Assembly: GCA_002269645.1 (NCBI GenBank)
Contig: NIVC01000913.1
Span: 1 to 64,000 of the forward strand
DNA from: Macrostomum lignano
Lineage: Eukaryota
Reading direction: 5' to 3'
DNA: 64,000 bases
A model generated the notes under the pieces. That model was given only the letters and a program-made list of their open reading frames with translations. It made no database searches and had not been told where the DNA came from. Each line of letters begins with the position of its first letter. Positions within the stretch are counted from its first letter, which is position 1. The translations under genes were made by a program, and so were the position numbers. Shown piece by piece: positions 51,237 through 63,169 of this stretch.

Positions 51237-51779
51237 GAGACTGTAAGCCAGCAACAAAATGCTTCAAGCTCCGCAGCCCCAGCCCTGAGCTGCCCAGCTC
51301 ACTCACTGGTCATAAATCTTGACCCTCCCGATGGCCCAGCGCCATATGGAACACTTCGGGCGAAACTCTCGAACGCACACGCCGTTAGCAGGGGATCCAG
51401 CGGCAACAGCACATAATCCTGTCATTGCTGCATCGCAGTCCCATGCGCAATCACGCGTGCCTTCTGCTACCCTGTGAAGCCCCACCCTGCAGCCTCCCCA
51501 TGGCATAGATGATGAAGGACTGGGATTTATCCTGCTAAGCTCCATAGGGAATTCTGTTTGCCATCTTACTCAGCTCAGCCTCTTAGCGCTGTTCTTCTCT
51601 TACTCTTCATCATAAATACTGGCTACTGATTGATCTCAGAGCATAGCCTGTCTCTCTGTGTGACAGGGTGGTCCGGGCGCCACCAAATTTCCTCACTGCC
51701 AATTCTGCGTGGCCAGCGGCTCAGCAATTGCAGGAAAAGTTGTCAATTTATCGGTGCGGTATAAACGGTACCACCTCCA

Positions 51780-52088
51780 GCGCCCCCTCATTCACGGCGC
51801 CATCTCATTCACGGCACCCCCTCATTCCCGGCCCCCTCATTCCCGACCCCCCTCATTCACGGCTCCCCCTCATTCACGGCGCCATCTCATTCACGGCACC
51901 CCCTCATTCACGGCACACCCTCATTCACGCCTCCCCCTCATTCACGGCACCCCCTCATTCACGGCACCCCCTCATTCCCGGCACACCCTCATTCACGCCT
52001 CCCCCTCATTCACGGCACCCCCTCATTCACGGCACCCCCTCATTCACGGCACACCCTCATTCACGCCTCCCCCTCATTCACGGCACCC
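51780..52088. repeat. Minisatellite with 17-bp unit CCCTCATTCACGGCACC
   Basis: Tandem units visible. Confidence 0.92.
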
Positions 52089-52519
52089 GTTGAATGACCC
52101 GCGCCAATGCACTGAGTGTATATTTTTAAATATGTTATGATAAAAATCAAATCGATTAATATTCTTAGAAATAGAAAATCAACGAGTTTATTTGATTCGT
52201 TTTTTGATAATAGAAAGAATGTTTTAATTAGAGATGCATATTATTTGCTGTGGAGAACAAAAGTATTTGGGCAAAATGGTGCATGCCCAAAAAAATTTAA
52301 AGAGCTCCATTTAGAAAGAATCAAGACAGGCTGTCCTCACCGGAATAAAATATTTATTATAGTGTAATCGATTTGTTTCTGGCGTAAAAATTTAATATAT
52401 ACTGCTCACTGCATGCTACTGTCACTTATGAGTAGTAGATTAAATATTTTTTAAAATTTATTTTATCCTTTTTATCCGAAGAAATTCGCGTTTAAAATCG
52501 AGTTCAGCATCGATTTTCT

Positions 52520-52767
52520 TTATTTCACCTGGGCGCTGGTGCACATCTGGTTCAGACCGCAGGTGCCATCGCCCCGGTACACCAGGTAGTAGCCCTTGTT
52601 GCCCCAGCTGGTGCCCCAGGAGTTCTTGATGATCCAGTACGGCTCGGTGCCCTTCATGCCATATCCAACAATAAGGACTCCGTGGTCCAGGTGGCTCGGG
52701 TTGCAGAAGATTTTCCAAGGATGCGAAATGCCGCTCAGGTAGAACTGCATGGCGTTGGCGTTGATGC
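52520..52767 (-). CDS. CTSF: Cathepsin F exon 5 (catalytic His and Asn)
   Basis: CCAACAG acceptor (phase 1); reads GINANAMQFY...LDHGVLIVGYG...YWIIKNSWG...CTSAQVK*. Confidence 0.95.
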
Positions 52768-52999
52768 CTGTTGGCGGGTTTGGAGAAAATCGTTAACTTA
52801 AAGCCGGAAATTTTTTTATAATGCGACAATAATTGTAAATGAAATTCCACTACGAGTATTTCAACTCAGTTTGATTGAGTTGTTCTCAGACTTATTGCTT
52901 GGATTTTCTTTGCTTCAATCAAGTCAAACAGTTATACCAACTAATTGTTATTTTGTCGTTAATTTAAAGCCGGAAATTTCGTCATACTCGTTAAATATA

Positions 53000-53120
53000 A
53001 AAATAATTAAATAATAATAATTAATAATAATAATAATAATATAATAATATAATAATAATAATTATTATAATAATTATAATAATAATTATAATAATTATAA
53101 TAATAATTATAAAATAATTA
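53000..53120. repeat. (TAA)n microsatellite in CTSF intron 4
   Basis: Directly visible. Confidence 0.85.
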
Positions 53121-53294
53121 AATATTAAAAAAATTCATAAAATAAAGCTTCTTAAGATCTTGCAAGTCGAGAAGCCTTACTATATTAGACACGCATTGTT
53201 GTGTCGTTAATCTAATTAAGGAAAATTTGTTTGTTTGAGTTCCCATGATTCTCAAACAATTTGATTTTAATGACTTTTACGTATCGTAACTCAC

Positions 53295-53624
53295 CGATGC
53301 TGATCGGCCCGTTCTGCACCAGCCAGGCGGCCATGGCTTTCTCGTCCTTGGAGATGGCCACGGAGCTGTTGATGTAGACGGCCACCTTGCCCTGGTTGAA
53401 CTGGCACTTCTGGTCGCTGCCCCTGTACGGATAGTCAGACTCCTTCATCAGGCCGCCCATCCTCTCGATCTCCTTGTAGGCCTGGCTGGGCAGCCCGCCG
53501 TTGCAGCCCTCGTCGACTTTGTCGCAATCGACGAGCTGCTGCTCGGACAGATCGACCAGCTTCTTCTTGCTGATGAACCACTGGCCCTCAATGTTGCCGG
53601 TGGTGCTGAAGGCCCAGCAGCTGC
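53295..53624 (-). CDS. CTSF: Cathepsin F exon 4 (catalytic Cys)
   Basis: CCGCAG acceptor and GTGAGT donor, both phase 1; reads [16 protein letters not shown]...[10 protein letters not shown]...GCNGGLP...NGPISI. Confidence 0.95.
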
Positions 53625-53734
53625 CTGCGGAGTGGGTGAGATTTATATATAATAGCCTGTGGCCTGCCTTCTCACAGCTCCGACCTACTAGCCTGCTAGC
53701 TTAATGACCCAGTTCTTTGATTTTTGACCTACTG

Positions 53735-54515
53735 ATCCACTGACCCACTGAACCATTGCGATATCGACTCATTGGACCCGCTTACTAACAGACCCACTAA
53801 CTCACAACGGACTGAATTATGGACCTACTGATGCACTGAACCACTAACCCGCTGACCCATGGACTCGCTGACCCCGTGCTTTACTGACCCACTGACCCAC
53901 TGAACCTTTGACCCACTGAGCCTCTGACCCACTGAACCCTGACCTACCGACCCCTTGACCCCTTGACCCACTGACCCAATGCCGCCCTGAACCCTTGACC
54001 CAACGACTCCCTGACCCACTGACCCACTGACCCACTAACCCATGCACTGACCCTCTGACACATTGACCCACTGACCCCTGACCCTTAGCCCACTGGCCCA
54101 CTGACCCCTGACCCTTAGCTCACTGACCCACTGACCCACTGGCTCCCTGACCCCCTGACACAATGAACCTTTGACCCACTGACCCCCTGACCCACCGACC
54201 CCCTGACCCCTTGACCCACTGACCCACTTCCACCCTGACCCCTTGACCCAACGACCCCCTGACCCACTGACCCACTGACCCACTAACCCATGCACTGACC
54301 CTCTGACACATTGACCCACTGACCCCTGACCCTTAGCCCACTGACCCCTGACCCATAGCCCACTGACCCACTGACCCCTGACCCTTAATCCACTGACCCA
54401 CTGACACCTGACCCTTAGCTCACTGACCCACTGACCCCTGACCCTTAGCCCACAGACCCACTGACCCACTGGCTCCCTGACCCCCTGACCCACTGACCCA
54501 CTGACCACTGACCCG
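53735..54515. repeat. TGACCCAC-based degenerate minisatellite in CTSF intron 3
   Basis: Tandem units running up to the donor site. Confidence 0.9.
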
Positions 54516-54524
54516 CCAACTCAC

Positions 54525-54799
54525 CGCAGGTTCCCTGGTTCTTGACTTCGGTCACGGCGCCCTTCTCGCGCCAGTCGAAGCTGGTCGGCAGATCGCCCAG
54601 GGTGGGCACGGCGGCCTCCTCGGCGGGGCGGCGGCTCAGGTCCCATCTGGGCGACAGGTAGCGGCTGCGGAACTCCTCCTGGGTGAGGTCGGCGAACACC
54701 GACGCGCCGTAGCGAGCATCGCCGCGGTCGAGCATCTGGTAGGCGTAGGCCTTCTTCATGTTGTCGCGAAAGATGGCGAAGCGGCGCTGCTCCTCCGCT
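54525..54799 (-). CDS. CTSF: Cathepsin F exon 3 (I29 propeptide with ERFNAQ motif, start of the mature enzyme)
   Basis: EEQRRFAIFRDNMKKAYAYQ fits E-x3-R-x3-F-x2-N-x3-A-x3-Q (diagnostic of cathepsin F/W). Also contains FADLTQEEF and LPTSFDWREKGAVTEVKNQGTC; splice phases 2/1 are consistent with the neighbouring exons. Confidence 0.95.
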
Positions 54800-54871
54800 C
54801 TGCGGGGCAGAAATTCTCGAGGTCTTCGTTACAGAATCTTTGTTCTCTACAGGGTGTACTCCATGAAGGTC

Positions 54872-55470
54872 TTAGAGGTCACGACCTACAGGTCACATAT
54901 CCTAAAGGTCACAGGTTCCAGAGATCGCATGTCCTAGAGGTCATATGTCCTAGAGGTCATATGTCCTAGAGGTCATACATCCAAGCAATCACATGTCTCA
55001 GAGGTCACAAGCCCCAGAGATCACATATCCTAGAGGTCACATGTCCCAGAGGTCACATGTCTCGGGGGTCACATGTCCTAGAGGTCACATGTCTCAGAGG
55101 TCACATGTCTCAGAGGTCACATGTCCCAGAGGTCACATGTCTCAGAGGTCACATGTCCCAGAGGTCACATGTCTCGGGGGGTCACATGTCTCAGAGGTCA
55201 TATGTCCCAGAGGTCACATGTCTCAGAGGTCACATGTCCTAGAGGTCACATGTCTCAGAGGTCACATGTCCCAGAGGTCACATGTCTCAGAGGTCACATG
55301 TCTCAGAGGTCACATGTCTCAGAGGTCACATGTCCCAGAGGTCACATGTCTCGGGGGTCACATGTCCTAGAGGTCACATGTCCAAGAAGTCACAGGTCCC
55401 AGAGGTCATTTGTCCAAGAAGTCACATGTCCAAGAAGTCACATGTCCAAGAAGTCACATATCCTAGAGGT
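54872..55470. repeat. Minisatellite with 16-bp unit CAGAGGTCACATGTCT in CTSF intron 2
   Basis: Tandem units visible. Confidence 0.93.
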
Positions 55471-55494
55471 CATAAACCAGCCGAAAGCGCTCAC

Positions 55495-55857
55495 CTGGAG
55501 GCGTAGACCTTCCCGTGAGCCCTCTTGAACTCGGCAAACTGTCCGTAGTGTCCGATGTCGTGAGAGTCGCCGCCGAGCAGCACCTGATGCTGCGGCTCGC
55601 TCCGTTTCAGCCGCCGAGTCTGCTGGCAGCTCTCCAAGCCAGACCGGTCCACTTCGTACTGCCTGGGGCTGCTCCAGGGCCGGTACACCACCGACACGGG
55701 GCAGCGGTACACCTTAGCGTCCGGGCTCAGCTTCTCCTTGCACCAGCGCAGCGGGCTGCCGTAGTGTCTGACGGCCTTGCGACACGGTGTCTCGACGAAC
55801 ACGGCGACGAAAGTGTACCGGATGCCCGCCACCACCTGCTTCTTGGCGTCCTCGTAT
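55495..55857 (-). CDS. CTSF: Cathepsin F exon 2 (cystatin-like domain)
   Basis: KKQVVAGIRY (cystatin QxVxG), RPW (PW motif), then FAEFKRAHGKVY (start of I29). CCGCAG acceptor and GTGAGC donor, phase 2/2. Confidence 0.92.
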
Positions 55858-55885
55858 CTGCGGGTGGCGATAATTTCGAGGTGGA

Positions 55886-55906
55886 GTTGTTGTTGTTGTT
55901 GTTGTT

Positions 55907-55939
<33 letters not shown>

Positions 55940-56043
55940 GCTGTTGTTGGTGGTGGTGTTGTTGTTGCTTTTTTGTTGTTGTTGTTTTTGTTTTTGTTTT
56001 TGTTGTTGCTGTTTTTGTTGTTGTTTTTGTCAAGGTGCAATTT

Positions 56044-56091
<48 letters not shown>

Positions 56092-56195
56092 TTGGTGGTG
56101 GTGGTGGTAGTGGTTGTGTTGTTGTTGTTGTTGCTGTTTTTTGTTGTTGGTGTTGTTGTTTTTGTTGTTGTTTTTGTTGTTGTTGTTGTTGTTGT
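55886..56195. repeat. (GTT)n microsatellite in CTSF intron 1
   Basis: Directly visible. Confidence 0.95.
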
Positions 56196-56237
56196 TAAAC
56201 TCGGGCAAACAAACTTTTTAAAAAGCGACTGACTCAC

Positions 56238-56437
56238 CTGAGCATGGCGTGATGGAACATGCTGTTTGAGTAGGTGTTGTACGCCCTCGTCACCTCCGTG
56301 ATGGCATTCTGAAACGACTCGCCCTCTGCGTCTTGCGCCGTGATTGGCGATTTACCGCCGGTCACAACGTTGTGCGAGCAATGCGCGCTGATTGCTACTG
56401 ACAGTAGCAGAGTTAGCCCAAGTAGCAACCTTGTCAT
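56238..56437 (-). CDS. CTSF: Cathepsin F exon 1 (signal peptide and cystatin N-terminal VTGG/helix)
   Basis: MTRLLLGLTLLLSVAISA signal peptide and an AG|GTGAGT donor in phase 2 matching exon 2. Confidence 0.9.
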
Positions 56438-56741
56438 GTTGCTCTTCTGGTTTGCTAGCAGAAATTTGTTATTCTAAAATTTGCATAAACATCAAATTAT
56501 TTATAGTCGATTGAAATTTTAAATAAAAACATTGGTGGGCTTCTTTTGAAGACGATCAGATAAAGTGCTCAGGCAGTAAAATGACAGCTTTGAACTGATT
56601 CTTGGACCTGGGGGGTCATTGGCTGCAATGAATTGGGCTAAATAACTTTATGGTTGATTTTATTCTTGAAGCTGAGTTGAGGCTACGAAGCAGGTTGGCC
56701 TATAAATAGACTGGGGGGGGGTTTATGGATTTCTAGATAGC

Positions 56742-57603
56742 CTCCTGAAACAGCTGTCAGGGGGTATCAAAGGCCTCCTGATTCCTGAAGCAACCGTCAG
56801 CGGTATCAAAGGCCTCCTGAAGCAACTGTCAGGGGTGTATCAACTAATACATCTTAGTTATTCTCAGTCAATAATCTATCAACTTGATGGCCTCCTGATT
56901 CCTGAAGCAACTGTCAGCGGTATCAAAGGCCTCCTGAAGCAACTGTCAGGGAGTATCAAAAGCCTCCTGAAGCAACTGTCAGGGGGTATCAAATACCCCC
57001 TGAAGCAACTGTCAGGGGGATCAAAGAACAACTGAAGCAACTGTCAGGGGGATCAAAGAACCCCTGAAGCAACTGTCAGGGGGTATTCAGGGGGTATCAA
57101 ATACCCCCTGAAGCAAACTGTCAGGGGGTATCAAAGAACCCCTGAAGCAACTGTCAGGGGGTATCAAATACCCCCTGAAGCAAACTGTCAGGGGGTATCA
57201 AAGAACCCCTGAAGCAACTGTCAGGGGGTATCAAAAGCCTACTGAAGCAACTTTCAGGGGGTATCAAAGGCCTCCTGAAGCAACTGTCAAAGAGTATCAA
57301 AGGCCTCCTGAAGCAACTGTCAGGGGGATCAAAGAACAACTGAAGCAACTGTCAGGGGGATCAAAGAACCCCTGAAGCAACTGTCAGGGGGTATTCAGGG
57401 GGTATCAAATACCCCCTGAAGCAAACTGTCAGGGGGTATCAAAGAACCCCTGAAGCAACTGTCAGGGGGTATCAAATACCCCCTGAAGCAAACTGTCAGG
57501 GGGTATCAAAGAACCCCTGAAGCAACTGTCAGGGGTATCAAAGAACCCCTGAAGTAACTGTCAGGGGAGTATCAAAGACCCCCTGAAGCAACTGTCAGGG
57601 GGT
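56742..57603. repeat. Minisatellite with ~33-bp unit CCTGAAGCAACTGTCAGGGGGTATCAAAG...
   Basis: Tandem units visible. Confidence 0.93.
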
Positions 57604-59605
57604 AGAAACGGATGTAGAAAAGTTACTGTCCAACTATACTCGTAATACTTAATTAAAATTCAGACTTACCAATTCAAACTTTTCAACGATATGTTTAAAG
57701 TTTTTTCAGGAGCTTTGCAGAGAATTTTAGTAGCAGCACACTGCAGATAAACTAAAGCCTTCCTTCCTATTTAAAACATTTGCAGTTTGTGCTTTAGATT
57801 GTGTTGCCAAGATATACCCAAGCTGAGGCCACTTCAGTCTTTCCCTACCCTCTCTTCGGGCCAACCATGCAGTAAGGGGGGGCATGAAGGTTAAATCGAG
57901 TTTTCGTCCTCTCCCTTCGGTGCTGCTGAGGGCACACTGCACATAGGCTGTATTGCGGTGTGTGCGTACTGTACGTACGTTACTTATCTTAATGGCGTAC
58001 TCGTTTATTACTTGCCAGAATCAGTGAATAAGCGATAAGAGCTATAAGCAATATGCATGGCTGATTTAAACTAATTCGAACAGATTTAGACCTGTTTATC
58101 ACGTGATTTTTTATTTTATTTTAGCAAATCGAAATATTAAAACGACCTGACTTGTTCATTTATTCGATGTGAAGTTTTTCCGTAAACATTGTGTTATACG
58201 AGCTAAATCTTTATATGCATGCTATTATTCAATACGTACAATAATTTTTTCAAAAAATGAAACGTTTTTTCGCTAGCACAACTGTATGCAGGGGGTGGGA
58301 CAGCAGCATGGCACATGCATGCAGACAGTTCCAACTTCGGCACATTGCATGTACTGTACATATTTTGCTCTAAAATTATATTTTGATCGGACTGCAAAAC
58401 TGCAGCGTATGCTTTTTCATTGTTGCTTCAATCTACAAGATTCTGTTGCGTCTATATATTTAGCCGCATACAAACTATCATAAAACTTGACTTTATTGGA
58501 GAATTTTGTTGGAGTTTTTATTGGAGAAGAACGGACAAGAAAACTTAGCGCAGTGAAAGTCCTTCGAATAATTTTAGATTGAAATTCCTTTTGCCGCTAT
58601 ATCTGGCTTAATTTGTAGGGTCAATCGAGCCATGTACCCATTCGACCTTAGCCCATAAAACTTGATCGTACACGAGATTATACTGGAGTACTTGAGTGTA
58701 TGCATGTAAAGATACTACTAAAGATACTAAAGAAGCACATCGAAAAGATACGGTCCTAAATCTCATCCATGAAAAGCGGTGAAATGTTATTAAAAAAGAG
58801 AATTGGTCCTTAATTGCCAGCTGAAAGAGGCAGACGGTGTGGGAAGTTCAAAAAGAATAAATTTGTGATAAACTAAAAAAATGAATCTGAAACTGTGATT
58901 TTGCTCTTTATTACTGTAGAGCTATATCAACGATTATTGGAATTTGGGTTAAATAATAAAAAACTTGCGCATGTTGTTATAGTGCCGAATGATAAGCCGA
59001 TGTCTAAATTCAACATCGGAAATTGGGTGTAGTATTTAAAAAAGTCTGGCAGTGACAATACGCTTGAAAACTGCGCATTGCTGTAAATTGAGTTTTCAGC
59101 TAGTCTGCCTATTCTTTGCTAGCAATAGAAAGTAATTATCAACCACCAGAATTTCAATTTGGTTACATACATGTCTGTTTAACTGTTCTTAGTCCCTCAT
59201 GCAAGAACGTCTAATATTCAAAATTCAAAATGCAGATCATGTTTTGTTGTGTGCCATGAAACTAAAACTAATGTCTTTTTATGGTTTTGTTTTTTAATTT
59301 AATTTAATTTTTTCTAGGACTGTAATAATTTTACATGGACGAGGGTGACAAAAATAGCTGAAAAGACTATAACTTATAATTTTATATCTATTTATTTATT
59401 GTGTTCAGCTTAATTCAATTTTAATTAACTTAAAATAATGAAACAAAAAACTATTTTACCTATAAAATGAAGTTTTTTTACTTCATAGGAAGCTTTAGCA
59501 TTTATATAATTAGCTTTCAAAAAACAATCTTTTTGCCTTTATGACTGGTTTACTAGAGTCATCTTTATATTTTATTGCACAAAAGAATTTTATCTATGCT
59601 TAGGT

Positions 59606-59757
59606 GCAACCTTGGGATTTACTTGGCCATTTCTATTGGCAACACACACATGTAAGTTGCTATTGGACAGAATAGTAGTCACGTGACTGCTCTCAGCCAA
59701 TAGTGACTTACATGTGTGTGTTGTCAATAGAGATGGCCGGGTGATTCCCAAGGTTGC
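59606..59757. other. 152-bp imperfect palindrome (probable hairpin MITE) centred on GTCACGTGAC
   Basis: The arms GCAACCTTGGGA..GGCCAT.TCTATTG.CAACACACACATGTAAGT..CTATTGG pair with their reverse complement; the symmetry axis is at 59682/59683. Confidence 0.8.
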
Positions 59758-60262
59758 GCATGTATGATTATTTCATAGCTTTTGAACTTTTTATTATATA
59801 AATAAAGTATTAAAGAGAGTAAAATGAACTTAAGTTATATAAATGTCATAAAAATGGTTTTATGTTAATTCTTGTCTTCATCAAAACATCTTGCCTTTTC
59901 ATAAGCTAGACTTTTTGTTAGAAACTGGTTGTTAATTAGAGTAGAATGCTTTATGCCTTTATTTGGCAAGTTATCAAAAAATTCTATTAGAATAAAAATG
60001 TGGACTCTAGGAAATTCTTCTAAGACTAGTTGAATAGTTATGATTTTTAATAGAAATATAAATTATCTATATTCTATATAACTAGTATATTGTATATATT
60101 TATAGTTTTTACTATCATTGTAATTAATTGCAATCACCAATACTATAAAATTGCATTTGTAGGCATTGGTTGTAGCTTAGATAAAAACTTTTATCATTTT
60201 TTAGGAGGCAAAAGGATGCCATAGCTGCTGTAAAGGGTAAAAGGGTACCAAAATAGTTAGCT

Positions 60263-61066
60263 AGGGGCACCGCAACTGCTATAAAAGGACACCAAAACAG
60301 CTGGCTAGGGGGCGCCGCAACTGCTATAAAAGGACACCAAAACAGCTGGCTAGGGGGCGCCGCAACTGCTATAAAAGGGCGCCAAAACAGCTGGCTAGGG
60401 GGCGCCGCAACTGCTATAAAAGGACACCAAAACAGCTGGCTAGGGGGCGCCGCAACTGCTATAAAAGGGCGCCAAAACAGCTGGCTAGGGGGCGCCGCAA
60501 CTGCTATAAAAGGACACCAAAACAGCTGGCTAGGGGGCGCCGCAACTGCTATAAAAGGGCGCCAAAACAGCTGGCTAGGGGGCGCCGCAACTGCTATGAA
60601 AGGACACCAAAACAGCTGGCTAGGGGGCGCCGCAACTGCTATGAAAGGGCGCCAAAACAGCTGGCTAGGGGGCGCCGCAACTGCTATGAAAGGGCGCCAA
60701 AACAGCTGGCTAGGGGGCGCCGCAACTGCTATGAAAGGACGCCAAAACAGCTGGCTAGGGGGCGCCACAACTGCTATGAAAGGGCGCCAGAACAGCTGGC
60801 TAGGGGGCGCCACAACTGCTATAAAAGGACACCAAAACAGCTGGCTAGGGGGCGCCACAACTGCTATAAAAGGACACCAAAACAGCTGGCTAGGAGGCGC
60901 CACAACTGCTATGAAAGGACGCCAAAACAGCTGGCTAGGGGGCGCCGCAACTGCTATGAAAGGACACCAAAACAGCTGGCTAGGGGGCGCCGCAACTGCT
61001 ATGAAAGGGCGCCAGAACAGCTGGCTAGGGGGCGCCACAACTGCTATGAAAGGGCGCCAAAACAGC
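60263..61066. repeat. Minisatellite with 45-bp unit, 18 copies
   Basis: Unit GGGGGCGCCGCAACTGCTAT(A/G)AAAGG(A/G)C(A/G)CCAAAACAGCTGGCTA. Confidence 0.96.
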
Positions 61067-61169
61067 CTCATTTCAGGATATATAAAAAAGAATTTCATGA
61101 TGCCAAATGGCGCCGTGATTCTGACAAAAAGCACTGGTTGTTAGCGCAGTCTCTGCTCGCCCCCCGCAG

Positions 61170-61667
61170 ATGTCATTCTCCATCTCCAGCTTCGTCGCCA
61201 AACGCCGCCAACTCCACCAGGCTCGCACAATCTGCCAGCAGAGTTTCGGCAGGAAGCTGCGCTGCGCAATTTGTGGCAATAAAATCCATCGCTGGTGCCA
61301 ACGCGAGGAGACACTGTGCCATCCGTTGAGCTGCTACGATCACCCGTGCCACTCGCACTGCATGCTGTCGATCTTGGGCGCTGACCAGCCGATGGGCAGC
61401 CAGCAGGTGTGCCCGGGTGCCGGCTGCAGTCGCCAGTTTAGCCAGCTGTGCTTTCACCGGTCCTGGTGGGGCCGATCGTCTGGACAGCGAAGCGTCAACA
61501 ACTTGCCGTCTGGTGACAACGACGCCGTCGATGGCGGCGATCAGCTGGTCGACGAAGCTACAGACGAGCTCCATGAAGCCGCCGCCGCAGCCGCCGACGG
61601 AGACAGCAGCAGCAGCAGCAGCGGAGGCTTTTCATTAAGAAATTTTCGGCGACTTTTTCCTGTCTTG
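61170..61667 (+). CDS. RING-H2-like zinc-finger exon (probable first coding exon of the RING gene)
   Basis: CCCCGCAG|ATG start; CAIC...C-x2-H-x2-H-x2-C...CPGAGC, then an acidic/Ala-rich linker and a TTG|GTGAGC donor (phase 0). Confidence 0.65.
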
Positions 61668-61794
61668 GTGAGCTCCCGGGTTTGGTGCGGATAGGACGAG
61701 AAGATATTGGCAGCAGTTTAGGGTTATGACCTCGGTCACCACGGCAAATCAAACCGTGGCTGTTTTCATGGTAAATTATGCTCGTATACCGCTA

Positions 61795-62040
61795 GCTGAG
61801 GTCATCACCCTATACCTGAACAATGGTAGCTGAGGTCATGACCCTATACCCGAACAATGGTAGCTGATGTCATGACCCTATGATTAACAATCGCAACTGA
61901 GGTCATGACCCTATGATTAACAATCGCAACTGAGGTCATGACCCTATGATTAACAATGGCAACTGAGGTCATGACCCTATGATTAACAATCGCAACTGAG
62001 GTCATGACCCTATGATTAACAATCGCAACTGAGGTCATAT
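61795..62040. repeat. Intronic minisatellite with 33-bp unit TGAGGTCATGACCCTATGATTAACAATCGCAAC
   Basis: Tandem units visible. Confidence 0.9.
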
Positions 62041-62141
62041 ATTCAAGCAGTAGAATCTGGGATCTGGAGTTTCCTACATCTTTTTCACAAGATCGAACTG
62101 GTTTAACCGCAGCTGCCGCCATCCCGCTCCCTACAATGCAG

Positions 62142-62918
62142 ATCTCATCAAGCAAGCGCCAGAAGCGGCAGCAACAGGAGCAGGAGCAGCGGGTGTCAGA
62201 CGAGCAAGCCGCCGAACAGGAGCCAATGGAACTCTCGCTCAACAGTCTGGAAGCTGAGTGCGCCATCTGCTGTTGCGGCATCGACACTGAAGCCGGCGTG
62301 CCAAACGGTTGCTGTCACAGCTTCTGTTTCGACTGCCTGAAGGAATGGGTGGTCAACAATGCCAGCTGCCCGATGGACCGGCGGCCGGTGAACTTTATCT
62401 ACAAGCGCCAGCCGGGCTCGCAGGCCTTCACTGGGCGGCACCGGGTGTTCCTGCGGAACAGTCGCGACGCCTGCCAGGGCGGCTACTGCGGCCCGTTGGA
62501 GTCGCCGCCTGGGGAGCCGCACTTCTCTGAGCCTGGCGGCGGCGGCGGCGGCGGCGGCTGGTTCAGTTCGGCCAGACTCGAACCCAGCGCCCCTCCGGCC
62601 TCCAGCTTTGACAATAACGACAGAAGCAACAATGCCAACGCGAATGCCTCGGCGGCTAGAAGCGACGGAGATGTATCAGCTCTGTTCGCGTTCGTAGCAG
62701 CCGTACTGTTGGCCATTGTCATCTTCGCGTTCTTCCGCAGATACGGAGCTTCGCCGAATCCGGTGCCGACTCCTGCTCCGCCACCGGCTGCCGAATCCGG
62801 TAGCTCAGTAGCCAATCTGATTCAGTTTGTTGTCCTTGTGGTGGTGCTGTACCTCACCGCCCAGCTCTGCCTGACGAGCAGTCAGACTAATACTAGAGCA
62901 GTGCCGGGTCGGGCTTGA
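62142..62918 (+). CDS. RING-HC (C3HC4) E3 ubiquitin ligase-like exon with two C-terminal hydrophobic segments
   Basis: CAICC...PNGCCHSFCFDCLKEWVVNNASCPMDR (PHRF1/SCAF11/TOPORS-like RING); hydrophobic stretches ALFAFVAAVLLAIVIFAFF and LIQFVVLVVVLYLTAQLCL. Phase-0 acceptor ACAATGCAG|ATC; ATG 62136 is an alternative start. Confidence 0.8.
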   Translation: MSSSKRQKRQQQEQEQRVSDEQAAEQEPMELSLNSLEAECAICCCGIDTEAGVPNGCCHSFCFDCLKEWVVNNASCPMDRRPVNFIYKRQPGSQAFTGRHRVFLRNSRDACQGGYCGPLESPPGEPHFSEPGGGGGGGGWFSSARLEPSAPPASSFDNNDRSNNANANASAARSDGDVSALFAFVAAVLLAIVIFAFFRRYGASPNPVPTPAPPPAAESGSSVANLIQFVVLVVVLYLTAQLCLTSSQTNTRAVPGRA

Positions 62919-63169
62919 GGGGACGACTGTTGGCTGCGATAATTCTACTTCCGTAATGAATATGGCCCTTGTAGCTAGTTCCTGCTGTCCTGCTGCGTGT
63001 TGTCTGGGCGGGAGTTTTAATTACATAATCTCATTATTCTCTCTGATCTCAAGTAGTAATTGATGACATTCACAAGTTTGAAATTTTTCATCCGTATGCA
63101 CACGCATCTGAATTATTGCGTGATTGTGATTTACAATTGTTGAATCCCAGAATTCTAACCCACAGTCTG

